This document shows positions 24,801 through 35,700 of a stretch of DNA of 64,000 nt, piece after piece. Numbering within the stretch: position 1 is the stretch's first letter; the number at the start of each line of letters is the position of its first letter. The notes beneath the pieces were generated by a model. It was not told the origin of the DNA and did not search any database. It saw nothing but the letters and a program-made list of their open reading frames with translations. The DNA is from Paraspadella gotoi (Eukaryota; Animalia; Chaetognatha). The position numbers and the translations under genes are program-made. The stretch is taken from positions 12,009,611-12,073,610 of the forward strand of contig CM119265.1 of the NCBI GenBank assembly GCA_051294375.1, in the 5' to 3' direction.

Positions 24801-27800
24801 CGGCACCGTTCCACAGCGCCGTGTAGCGAAACTTGTTCAACGACGCCGACTTTTGCGTCGTCGACGAGAGAAACGACGAGGAGAGCGCCGCAGAATTCGA
24901 GGCGGTGAACGGCGTTGGCAAAACGTCTACAGATTGACGCCGACGACCGTCGCCATGGGAGAGTCGCGAGGAAGAGGCGCCGGCAATCAGCGGCATCGCC
25001 TTGGATCGAGCGCTCGCGGCGTTGCTGGAGCGGATATGATGCAGAGACGGCGTTTCCGCAATTTTGTGGCGTCGTGGCGGCGGAATCGGATTAACGAAAC
25101 GAGGCTTATCTTCCGTGGTGACGTTAGCGCAGCTTTTGGCGAAGTTTTTTTTGTCGGCGTCGATGTTGGGCGATTCGTCAATGAGGGGAATTGTAGACGG
25201 CGTCGAGGGCAAGTAGGCGGCGGCGGCGATGCCTTGGCAGTTGGAGGAGTTTGCCGACGCGACGCCGGAAACTGTGACAGAGTTTTCATCGTTCTCTTCG
25301 CGCCCAACTCCAGATTTCATAGGGGTGGTTTCCAAATAGGGAGTGGCGATAGCGGAAGGTAATTGAGGCGGAGTTGATATCGGAAGCGGAGGAGGCGTTC
25401 CGGTCAAAGAGACAAAGGAAGTAGCGCCCTGTAATAGTTAAGCCAATTGGGAATGAATGTTTTATGAATGTTTTCCTAACCAAGCTACAAATGAGTATCA
25501 AGGATCCTTCAAAAATTTTAGTCCATCAACATACAGTATCGGTTTTGAAGAACCTGGAAAAGTCCAGGAGGCTGTAACTTTTTTGTAAATGCTGGAAATC
25601 AGCTGAAAATCGAATACGGGTTAGACCTGAGGGTGGTTTATTCCCCATAAGAGTTTGAGCCACTTTAAAAAAAAAATAGTGAATGGGCATTTTTTTGGAC
25701 AAAAAATTAATTTGCATACTGTAAAAAAAATATGGTAGTAAATACTCTTATATTATGGTGATATAACCGGGAGGGGTTGCCTAAACCAGTGGTAAAACAA
25801 AATGATCAAATACAGCTTTGTTAAAACTCATTTGCATACAGTAACAATATATTTTTTTATAATATTGTATTTTCAGTCTTATGATAATTTAAAAAAAATA
25901 TTTCAAATAATAGCTAACTGATACACCAATAACATACAATGCATAAATAGAATATTTGTTATTCTTTAATCCAAAATTAATTTTCAACAAATTATAAAAA
26001 TATGCATTTTTTTGAACAAATGTTTTTTTAAAAATAGTAATTATGCCAACCAACTGTCCTTGGTGCACTGATTACAATATATAATTTTTTTTTTAAATAT
26101 GACTACTATATTATGAAATATAACCCTTCAAACCTTAAAAAATACAGAAAAACACCCTTAATTCAAACTTTAATAAAAACCGTTCCAATGATTATTACAT
26201 CTCTCATACTTTAATACATATCAAGGAGAACCATCAGGTTTATTGTGTGAAAGTTATAGATAACTTCGATAAGGAGGATGACTGCACAGGAAGGCGAAAA
26301 ATAGATGATGAACTACATCAGCTTGTAATTGAATAATATACTCTTGCTTAATAAGACGGAACAAAGTAAAAACTAAGAGTTCTGTAATATAAATAACGTT
26401 AGAGCATCCCTGTGGGATGACGAATTGAAAAAAAAAATTAAGATTTTATATATAGTAAATAATATAGAAGCATTTAAGTTTATCGTATTACTATAAATCA
26501 TGAAAATTTTTTTTTTTTCAAAATCAGAATTTTTAAAAGCGGATTTGGGTAGAGATTGAAAAAAAAAAAAAAAAATTACTACAAGATTTTCAAATTTTAT
26601 TGTTTTATTGCTTAATATTAACAAAACTATAAAAATTATGGTAGGACAATGATGATGATGATTTTAAAGAGTTTTTCTGTTATTTGACCCACTTATCATC
26701 AAAATATTGAAAAACGCATTATACTTTTGTGTAGAAAACTTTTTATGGGCTATCTGAATAGGTTCTTAAAAAATAAAAATTTTACTTTGTTCCGCCTTAT
26801 TAAGCAAGAGTATAGTTTTTGTTAATATTAAGCAATAAAACAATAAAATTTGAAAATCTCTGTTAGTAATTTTTTTTTTTTTCAATCTCTACCCGAATCC
26901 GCTTTTAAAAATTCTGATTTTAAAAAAAAAAATTTCATGATTTATAGTAATACGATAAACTTAAATGCTTCTATATTATTTACTATATATAAAATCTTAA
27001 TTTTTTTTTCAATTCGTCATCCCACAGGGATGCTCTAACGTTATTTATATTACAGAACTCTTAGTTTTTACTTTGTTCCGTCTAATTAAGCAAGAGTATA
27101 TTATTCAATTACAAGCTGATGTAGTTCATCTATCTATTTTTCGCCTCCTGTGCAGTCATTCCTTATCGAAGTTATCTATAACTTTCACACAATAAACCTG
27201 ATGGTTCTCCTTGATATGTATTAAAGTATGAGAGATGTAATATCATTGGAACGGTTTTTATTAAAGTTTGAATTAAGGGTGTTTTTCTGTATTTTTTAAG
27301 GTTTTGAAGAGTTATATTTCATAATATAGTAGTCGTATTTAAAAAAAATTATATATTTGTAATCAGTGCATCGAGGACAGTTGGTTGGCATAATTACTAT
27401 TTTTAAAAAAAACATTTGTTCAAAAAAATGCATATTTTTATATTTTGTTAAAAATTAATTTTGGATTAAATAATAACAAATATTCTATTTTATGCATTGT
27501 ATGTTATTGGTGTATCAGTTAGCTATTATTTGAAATACATTTTTTTAAAAAATTATCATAAGACTGAAAAACAATATTGTGGAAGACGATGCCGCGAGCA
27601 GTTTACCGTCCGTTGCACACAAGGTCCCGAACTTTGGATCGGGCTGTAGTCCGACACTACAGGTGGGATAGACGCCCCGTCCCGCTTTTACTTGTGTGAA
27701 TCAGCAGGGCGCGAACCGAGTCCTTTGGGTTGGGAGGAGCTCGTGCTACCTCCGCGCCATAGGTGCTGCTGATTCTCGGACGAGTAGTGGGGTATGAAAT

Positions 27801-28626
27801 ACTACCACTACAATATTATAAAAAATATATTGCTACTGTATGCAAATGAGTTTTAACAAAGCTGTATTTGATCATTTTGTTTTACCACTGGTTTAGGCAA
27901 CCCCTCCCGGTTATATCACCATAATATAAGAGTATTTACTACCATATTTTTTTTACAGTATGCAAATTAATTTTTTGTCCAAAAAAATGCCCATTCACAT
28001 TTTTTTTTTAAAGTGGCTCAAACTCTTATGGGGAATAAACCACCCTCAGGTCTAACCCGTATTCGATTTTCAGCTGATTTCCAGCATTTACAAAAAAGTT
28101 ACAGCCTCCCTGGACTTTTCCAGGTTCTTCAAAACCGATACTGTAACTTATATCTCTTGTTAATAACCTTCATTCTCGGAGTTTGCCCATGCGCCATTTT
28201 ATTCGAATTTTCCTTTCCCGCCAGACGAAAGTCACGTCCTCTATTCCTTCGGTCGGCAAAAGGCAGCGACGAAGAATTGAGGCAGTCTTGTTCTTCCAGG
28301 TTACGCGGCGGAAAAAAGGTCCTGATTCGCGAGGCGGTCACGAGGGACGAATCGAGGGTCGAGAGTCCATCGCTCGTTGATCCCAAAGCGGGGATGTCAG
28401 GCGGAGTAAACAAAACGTCTTCTTCGTCGGAATTGTCTTTGATGGGAAAACAGATTCGATGCGTTAGAGTCAAACGGTGTAGCGCCGGAGAGCGGGAAAG
28501 CCGGACTGACGGAGCTAGGGTGGAAGGTGAAGCGGATGAACGAAGCTCCAGCGCTTGAAGATCTCGGACGCTGCAAGGAAGTTCTTTGTCGCAAACTTTA
28601 TTGACCGGCGGAGGATCCGTCGGCAT
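5276..28626 (-). CDS. DEP-domain plus RhoGAP-like protein, DEPDC1/DEPDC7/LET-99 family, multi-exon with a long low-complexity N-terminus
   Basis: Exons about 28626-28168, 25428-24705 (FRYTALWNGAVAALRENV..EIFS), 15718-15590 (GQDATNVLLKYL..DRSKAVKLGQHLLNNG), 10427-10182 (FEDHASKFFVF), 10117-9978, 9906-9808, then 7676-5276 including LLVPSERRNVLLRLLLFM, VLDTFAPVIF, QYCKTIEEETYEEQK and LYLSIKNDPSM..HPNLFVTQL*; splice phases agree where checked. Confidence 0.85.
7745..9797. mobile_element. 2.05-kb intronic insertion with about 160-bp terminal direct repeats and a 7-bp TSD
   Basis: 7745-7912 approximately equals 9641-9797; flanked by CTTTTCA at 7738-7744 and 9798-9804. Confidence 0.8.
12501..12574. 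repeat. 10-bp tandem repeat (CGTTCAATGC)n
   Basis: About 7 units read directly. Confidence 0.85.
13550..14001. repeat. 18-bp minisatellite (TTGGTCAACTG(A/G)CATAAT)n
   Basis: About 24 contiguous units with no unique spacers. Confidence 0.9.
14640..15330. repeat. Dispersed repeat with an inverted diverged copy at about 22550-23180
   Basis: Shared blocks such as CGCAGTACAAATCTTTGTTAAATAAAAATTTC and its reverse complement at about 22675-22705. Confidence 0.7.
16125..16251. repeat. Near-perfect hairpin with 60-bp arms and a 7-nt loop
   Basis: ATTAGGAGAAAAAC..TTTTTGGCA aagtgtc TGCCAAAAA..GTTTTTCTCCTAAT. Confidence 0.9.
17612..18576 (-). mobile_element. Internally deleted Tc1-like transposon with frameshifted transposase remnant
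   Basis: 29-bp TIR CCATCTTGGAAAATGAATAAGTCGCCAAA, TA TSD; residues KVMVFGAIS, FMEDNAPLHRAK, WPGNSPDLNPI and LYESMPNRI..KSKGVHTTY. Confidence 0.92.
18912..19522. mobile_element. hAT-like MITE (TAAGGCGTAGT family)
   Basis: TIR TAAGGC(G/A)TAGT, 8-bp TSD TTACCCAT; copies at 47502-48109 and partial at 46193-46636. Confidence 0.9.
20092..20747. mobile_element. Tc1/mariner-type MITE
   Basis: Long TIR CAGAAGGCTTCATATTATAAAATG.., TA TSD. Confidence 0.88.
20889..20930 (-). ncRNA. Minimal type I hammerhead ribozyme
   Basis: GACG CUGAAGA AGGCUU..AAGCC GAAAC AU GUA CGU; palindromic ACAUGU stem III. Confidence 0.8.
21096..21136 (+). ncRNA. Minimal hammerhead ribozyme, mirror copy with a stem III mismatch
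   Basis: GACGCTGAAGAAGGCTTGTAAAAAAGCCGAAACATATACGT in the right arm of palindrome 20837-21189. Confidence 0.65.
25534..28143. mobile_element. 2.6-kb foldback element with about 1.1-kb inverted arms
   Basis: CAGTATCGGTTTTGAAG.. and ..CTTCAAAACCGATACTG, TA TSD; arms about 25534-26632 and 26811-28143. Confidence 0.92.
27578..27812 (-). mobile_element. 235-bp TG..CA-bounded insertion with tRNA-like head and twister-like body
   Basis: Absent from the opposite foldback arm (empty site at about 25855-25870); TGTGG..CTACA termini, ATAT TSD (alternatively an 8-bp ACAATATT TSD); A box TGGCGCGGAGG, B box GGTTCGCGCCC. Confidence 0.88.
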
Positions 28627-28756
28627 AATTCGACGGAAATCCTCCCGGGGCAAACATTTGTGTCAGTTACAATCTGCAAAGTTGAAAACGTAACGAAACT
28701 GATTCGAGCGAATAAACAAAACAACGCGCCAAGCCTTGGTAACGGTTAAAAAATAA

Positions 28757-30325
28757 TTAAGTCCTGCTCTTCTCCCTCTTCTTTATCTTCTTCGGCGGCG
28801 GCTCCAAAAAATCATCGTCTTCATCAATCTCCATCATCGTTCGAGACAAAGAATCGTCCAGCGTCCGCGCGGGCAAAGGAGATTCTTCAATCTTCAACTC
28901 GGATTCGGCTTCTCGTTCTCTGTTCTTCTTTTTCTTCTTTTTGGGCAAATTACCGATCGTCGTCTTGCTCTCTATCTTTTCCTGCTTCTTTTTCTTCATT
29001 TTTTTCGAGGCGGAGGCGGATTGGTCGAGCCAGGAAGAGTCTGTCGTCGTCGTTGTCGCTGAATGAAGAGAGACGACGCCAGAATCGTTGTCTTCGTCGT
29101 CGGCGGTTCCGTTCAATTTTCCCATCGACGATTTTTTCTTTTTTCGTTTTTGTTTTCCTTCTTCTTCGTCGTCGTCTTCTTTATTTTTTTCCTTTTTCTT
29201 CTTTTCGACGGGAAATTCAGGAATGGGCGTCACCACCGCCGCGGAGGGAATCTCGAAGTCGTCAAGACCGTCAGAAGAATCCGTGGACGCAGCCTCGACG
29301 GAAGCGGAAGTGGAAGCGACGAATCGATCAGAGGAAGCGGCGTAGGTCGTCACGGGTTGCGCATCATCGTCAGCGACGTTCTCGTCCTTTGCTTCTATCG
29401 ATGTCTGAGTCTCATCCATGTTCTTCTTGAGGCGAAGTTCACCGCCAACCAAGGCGCCGTGAATCGTGACGGAATCGGACGTGAAAAGGACATTCGTCAC
29501 CTTTGAAGAAGAATATTGTGAGTTATGTCTTTAGTAAATTAATTCGAAACACATTACTGAAACCTCGAACTCCATCTCGTCCCCGTCGGCGACATCGCCC
29601 AACAGATGACTCTCCATTTCCGTGACCCAGACGCAAGCGTTGAACACGGTGTGAACCAAACAGCCGACGAAGTCGCGTGAGCTCCGGTTGTTTACAACGC
29701 CACGCAGAATCTCGCCAATTTCCGGTCTAATGAAAAAGAGTGAGGAAAAGATTGTACCGCTAAAAATTACAAGGGCAAAATTTCATGCCAAAGTTACTTG
29801 AAAGTATAAACCGTCGTTTTAATTTTGTGAAACAGCCACCTCAAGTCGTGTTCGAAGGAACCCGCGCTGCCTGTAAAGTTTAGTTAACGATTATCATTTC
29901 GTATATTTTTAAACTTAAAACTATCTGATTCTCGAATTGTACTCGCCCGTAAGAAGCGTGGATTTGCCAAAGGCCACGACAATGCCGCCGTAAACTGACG
30001 AATACTTGAAGAGCTCATGATTCAACACTTGAGCGATACCAGCAGCCTCGCGACCGATGAATCTAAAATATCGAATTTGTCCCGATATTTCCCATTTGTT
30101 AGTTCAAATTAATCATTTCATTTACCTGCAATGCATAGATATCGACTTGACGATTTCCGTCTTGACGATGCCAGACCTTTCATCGGCGGCGAGCTTCGAT
30201 ACGATCGCGGGCACGAATAGCGACGAATAAAGATGGCGCTGTTCGAGTTGTCTTTCGCGGAGAAGGCGTCGGGGATTGTCGCGCAGGTTGGCGAAATGCC
30301 TTCGCGGAGGAGACGACGAAGACAT
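28757..30325 (-). CDS. POLR1F: RNA polymerase I subunit RPA43
   Basis: Spliced ORF ..GIAQVLNHELFKYSSVYGGIVVAF..PEIGEILRGVVN..FVGCLVHTVFNACV..GDEMEFEVTNV..IHGAL plus a lysine-rich tail. Confidence 0.88.
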
Positions 30326-30405
30326 GACGCCGATTTTGTAATTAAAAGGGCTTCTGTTAATATCGATTTTGTAGTTTTGTCTATCTTCAGTGTTTTCTTT
30401 AGCAC

Positions 30406-31039
30406 TTAGTCCAATTTAGGCGGTTTGTACGATTCGAAGAAACGCTGAAAGTCTTCCTCTGTGAAGATGGTTCCTTCAGAATCGTCCGTCGCCGGTTTGT
30501 TCGCGGTTTCGACGGCGGCGGCGGCCGTGGTCCACCACGTCGCCGTCGAAGACGCGACTGCGTTCGGCGTCGACTTTCGCTTGCGGGTCGATTGAAGACG
30601 ACGGGTCCCGTGGGACTGGCGATTCTGCTGTTGCTTCACGATCTGAGAAAAGAGAGGAAGAAGATTGAACATTAGGATTGGTAGATGAGAACGAGGATTG
30701 AGATTAATATTACATTATTAATAGAAAACAAACAGATCAAAAATTGGGGAAAATTTGAAAAAAAAACAAAACAAAAACCGTCGAATGATGACTGAACCTG
30801 AAACTTACTTGATCAATTATGTCGGGAGTCTTGAGCCGCGAGACGAGCGTCGACCTCATCAACGCCTCCGCCTTCCTGTCCAGCGAAGCCGACGACTCCG
30901 CCTCGATCGCTTCCCGTTTCGCTTTTTTTCCTTTCCGCTTCTTTTTCTTTGAATCGAGACGAGTGTGTTTGGGGGCGGTTGAGGGAAAGAGTTCGTCGTC
31001 AAAGAGTTGGAGCGATTTACGCGCCAAATCCAAAGACAT
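30406..31039 (-). CDS. RPS19BP1: Active regulator of SIRT1 (AROS/RPS19BP1)-like, 2 exons
   Basis: N-terminal MSLDLARKSLQL and C-terminal EGTIFTEEDFQRFFESY family motifs; intron about 30643-30808. Confidence 0.8.
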
Positions 31040-31399
31040 TTCGACGAATCATTTGAGGGGAAAATTGGGCGACTGGAATAACTAAAGAGGAAACGGGTGG
31101 GAAATAGTTTAAAACAGAAACAAAATAAAACAAAATACAATGTAATCTAGTAGATGAAAAAATTGGATGGCAGTATTAACAAAAATTTTGGACGGTTAGT
31201 GTGAGAAAGGACGGGTGAAAAAAAAGTTTCGTAACTGGAATGTATCACAGGTGACGCTGTTGCTCGCGCTCGGAATCGTTGAGTGAAACACGACTGTGTC
31301 GACTTTAGTTGGCCGAGTGAGTTTACACAGTGTTCATTAGATACGCCAACGTTTTGCGGTGAAGCAAAAGACCTGCCCAGAGTCATAACAATTTTTTAA

Positions 31400-31926
31400 T
31401 CATTTTCCTTTCTCTTTAAAATATTCGCGCAATTTCTCCAACGCCTCGACGCAGACGGAGGGATACATGGTGTCGGTGTAGGTCCCCACGATTACCAACG
31501 TGTCCGTCCGAACCAAGATGAGGCCGTGGTTGTCGTGCTTGCCGTAGATGGCGTGCCTGTCTGCCCTGAAAAGCGGGGATGAGGGTTATCGAGTCAAAGG
31601 AAAGAGACTCGACATAATCCGAGCCAAACTTACCTAACGCACATGAAGGTTCGTCCCCGGAAGTGGAATCCATCGTTTCTCAGCAGCGCCGTGTTTTTGA
31701 AGGCATCGACGAGTCTACGACAAGAATCGGGATCAAGGTCGAATCCCGCTGTGCAAGCTGAGGAGAGGACAGGAGAAGTTGAGGATGAGAGGAAATACCT
31801 TGTCAATAGAAAACGTATGAGGTTCTGACCGGCGAGATGATGATCCTTTCTTCGGATTATCGCCGCGTTAGAGACGTTTTCCGTTCCGATGAGAGCATCG
31901 TGAAGGAGATGCTTGAGCACGTTCAT
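31400..31926 (-). CDS. PFN4: Profilin-4-like, 3 exons
   Basis: MNVLKHLLHDALIGTENVSNAAIIR..GFHFRGRTFMCVR|ADRHAIYGK..VGTYTDTMYPSVCVEALEKLREYFKEKGK*. Confidence 0.88.
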
Positions 31927-32723
31927 CCTCTGAATAATACTTTTTTTTCTACTTCTTTTATTATCGCAGTTTTTTTTTCATAAATACTTCCTCGATGATG
32001 TCTATCCCTGAGAGATTTCTGCAAAATACAAATTAACAAATTAGCGATGCGACTCACTCTTGATTACAATTCCATGTGAATCAATTTATGCAGCAAGTAT
32101 ATTACAAAGTTGTTTTTTTTTATGGAGACGGCATCATAAAAAAGGATTGATGATAAGATATATACAATTAATATATATCAGTAAGAAATACATTCTAGCA
32201 AAAATTTAATTTTAAACTTCAGATGACCGAAATAATACAACATAAAATTGAACATTTGATTTAATCCATTTTTATGGTCGCCCCCAGATATTAAACGCGG
32301 GAAAGTGCCGAAATCGAAAATGGTAGCGATGCGAACATCTCCGGTTTTACCAAAAGAAAAAAAGAATAAAGTGGGCAATAAAAACTGGAGGATGCCACGT
32401 TCAAATGAATAAGCGAAAACTGTCATTCAGATGGTCCGGTCGTGGACCCTCTTTTTATTTTAGCACAATCATTAATTGATCACGATGATAAAACGTTATC
32501 TTCCGGAACAAGGTGGTGGGTTAAAAAAAATAACGGAACGGAATGTCAACGAAACAGGTATGTGGGGTTTTTGTTTGTATTTTATTTCCTTGTGTAACAG
32601 TTCATATCGATAAGAATGCATTTGAAAACAATGCAATGGAAGAGACAAAACAAAGAAAGAAAAAAGAAAAAGAGAGAGAATGGGTTGGGTGAAGGTGTGA
32701 AGGAATTAATCAAAGCGGAGAGA

Positions 32724-35700
32724 TCAATTTTCATCGTCGCTTTTGTCGCCATTTCGGTGAGGAGATTTGCTGATTGAAAGATGGTGGTGAGGGTAAGGGA
32801 TTAAAATGAAAATTAAAGCGACCTGGAAAATTCGTCAACTCTTCCACAAACAAACCTTTCGCGCGAATCGGAACGGCCCCGGGATCTAGATCTCTCGTGG
32901 GATTTCGAATTGATTTCATCCCGAGAATTGGACCGATCGCGAGATATGGATCGACGGAAAGCTCTTTCCTTGGAATGGTCACGGGATCGCTTGTCGGCCT
33001 TTTCCGCGGAATGGGAACGATCCCTCGAGCGTTTGTCCTCTCGCTCGACGGATTTGCGTCGCTCCTCGGTTTTTTCGTCGGAATGGGAACGCTCCCTTGA
33101 ATGAGATCGCGGGTCAGCTCGATCGTTAGATGTTGAACGCTCTCGGGATCCAGAAATACGACGTGCTTTTGACTTCTCGGGTTTAGCCTCTTCTTTAGAT
33201 CTTTCTTGAGATTGAGAGCGCTCGCGAGATTTGGACTTAGACCTTTGCTGCGACGGACTACGAGATCGGCTCCTGCATAAAAAAAGTGGGGAAAAAGTTT
33301 GAAAAAAGGTTATTCATAACCAATAACCAACCTTCTTTTGGATCTTGAAAAGCTTGAAAAAAGGTTATTCATAACCAATAACCAACCTTCTTTTGGATCT
33401 GCTCCGGGAACGGCTTCTCGACTTGGACCGTCTTTTCGATCGAGACCGGCTGCGTGAACGCGATCTGCGACCGGGCTTGTCCTCAATCAAGCGAATTCGT
33501 CTTGAGGGGAAATAATTATAAAAAAATAATTTTCATTCATCTACCCTTCCGGTCCCTTCCTGAATACTGTCCGACCTCCAATAATTTTTTCACCTCCCGT
33601 TGAGCTCCGTGTCATCGAGAATGTCCAATGCTTTCTCCATTCCGTCGCGAGTCACGAACTCTACGAGTCCTTCGTTCATGCGCGACTTGTGGGCGTCGGT
33701 GAAGGTGACGTCGCCCGCCTTGCGCATGTAGTCCTTCAAGTCTTGCCTGAAGGAATCGAGGATTTGAGTTGCGGTCCAAGAGGGCATTTTTTTTAATACG
33801 ACAACAAACGGCTTATTGTAAACGATTAGTTTTTAAGTAACAAAGTACTTTTTAGATACAAAAAATAAAAATGATTGAGAAGGTGAGTTTTATTATTTTT
33901 TTTTATCCATCAACAAGATTCAGTCGTGGACTGAACCAAAGTCACGGCCCTGGTCAATTTCTTAAATTTCTCAACTTTCAATGCCCCTTTTTTTTCTAAT
34001 TAGCTGAAACAAAATTAATTTTTCGTCTTACAAAGTATGAAAAATTGCAAGATTACTTAAAAATATAAGAAGACAAAATATAAAATTTTAAAATAAATTT
34101 AAAAATTTAATAAATTTCACTATATGTGGATAAGGCGCTGCGTGGGCTGAAGATGACTGTCCGTAACTTCTATAACCCCCTCTATCAGCCATGGAACAGG
34201 TGACTGGGCTTGGAACCAGGCTTGAGCGTTTGCCAGGTCCCCAAGGCGGCTTACGGCCGTCCTCACGCTTCCCGCAGGGTAGATACCGGGTTAGGATTGA
34301 ACCAGGTACCTAGTGGTCATGAGCTGATGGCTTTACTCAATGAGGCACCGGGTCACGACTGAAGGCGTCATGCTTTTTGGCGGGGTGAACCTATGCAATG
34401 CCCGACTACATATATTAGATTTAAGTATATTCTTTATATAGAGAATATTCTTTCATAATGTGACGTAATATACAACACGAAGTTAAAAGTTATTTTCTGC
34501 TCTAGTTTTCTAATTAGATATTAGACATCATTCTTGTAAAGAAGTTATTTATTGAAAATTTCAAAATGTGATTGAATTTATACTAGTGCCTGAATCTAGA
34601 TTCAGATTTTCAAAAAACTTTCAAAATATGATCAGAACCATATTTAATGGAAATTAGATACACAGCCGGTAGGTCAAGTATGCTCAAAAGGTTAGTAATA
34701 AAAATCGAGTGACTCGAATATGCAAATGAGATTAATGCGTCATCCTAAGCCTTAGGCTAAGGTTGAATATAAGGTAAAAGAGAGCATAAACATTTTAATA
34801 ATAACTATTTTTTAGAAAAAACAATTAATAAATATGTTTTAACAAATTTTGATAGTTCTGTATAATAAAAAATATTTAAAAAAGCTAATTAATCTAATAA
34901 TATTAACATGGATATCGAAATTTTATAAATTTGTATTTTTTTTTTATTTTCATTATAAAATTGGTAAAACAACTTTTTTTAATTTTAAAAAATTATTTTA
35001 AAAAATATTTTTTTTTTAATAAACAATCAATTGGTTCAAGAAAATTACATTATTACAATACAATTGAAACATTCTTTAAAACATTATACCATTTCATTGA
35101 TAAGGAAGCCAGGTACTCTGGGAGTAAATAAACGAGACTGTGAGTAAGGGTAGCCCCACTCAATGGAGTGAATCAAAAATTTAGAATGATTATATGCTCA
35201 AACAAAAATTTATACATTTTTAAGTATACTTTCAATGGACCAAACATTTCTTATGTGGCTCTATACCTAAATAATTATTTTTTTAATATTTATTTATAAA
35301 TAGCAAAGGCCAAAATTTTTTTTGATAATTTTTAAATTTTAAGACCTGATTCAGATAGCTCATAAAAAGTTGTCTACACAAAGTATAATTCTTTTTTAAA
35401 TATTTTTATGATAAGCGAGTCAAAAATAAGAAAAACCGTAAAAAATCATCATCATCATCATCTTTCGATGATTTTATCAGTTTTTTTATATTTTTACATA
35501 GAAAACGTAAGAATTTTTAAAAGCTGTAATTATATTTCTTATTTAACTTTTAATGCTCTATCAGAATCTATCAAAAAATTTTAAGATCTCAAAAAAAAAT
35601 TTTATAATGTTAAAAAAGACAAGTAATATTTAATGTATTAATCAATACGTATAATATAAATTTTTTTTGAAAATGATTGTTTAAATATTTAGTCAAGACA

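Noticed and set aside
27699-27775. Functional tRNA-Gly gene (also 4085-4152, and tRNA-Met at 34283-34355)
   Set aside because: Anticodon stems do not pair and the units sit inside mobile insertions; treated as tRNA-derived promoters
28013-29506. Plus-strand ORFs opposite DEPDC and RPA43 exons
   Set aside because: Antisense shadows of GC-rich coding exons
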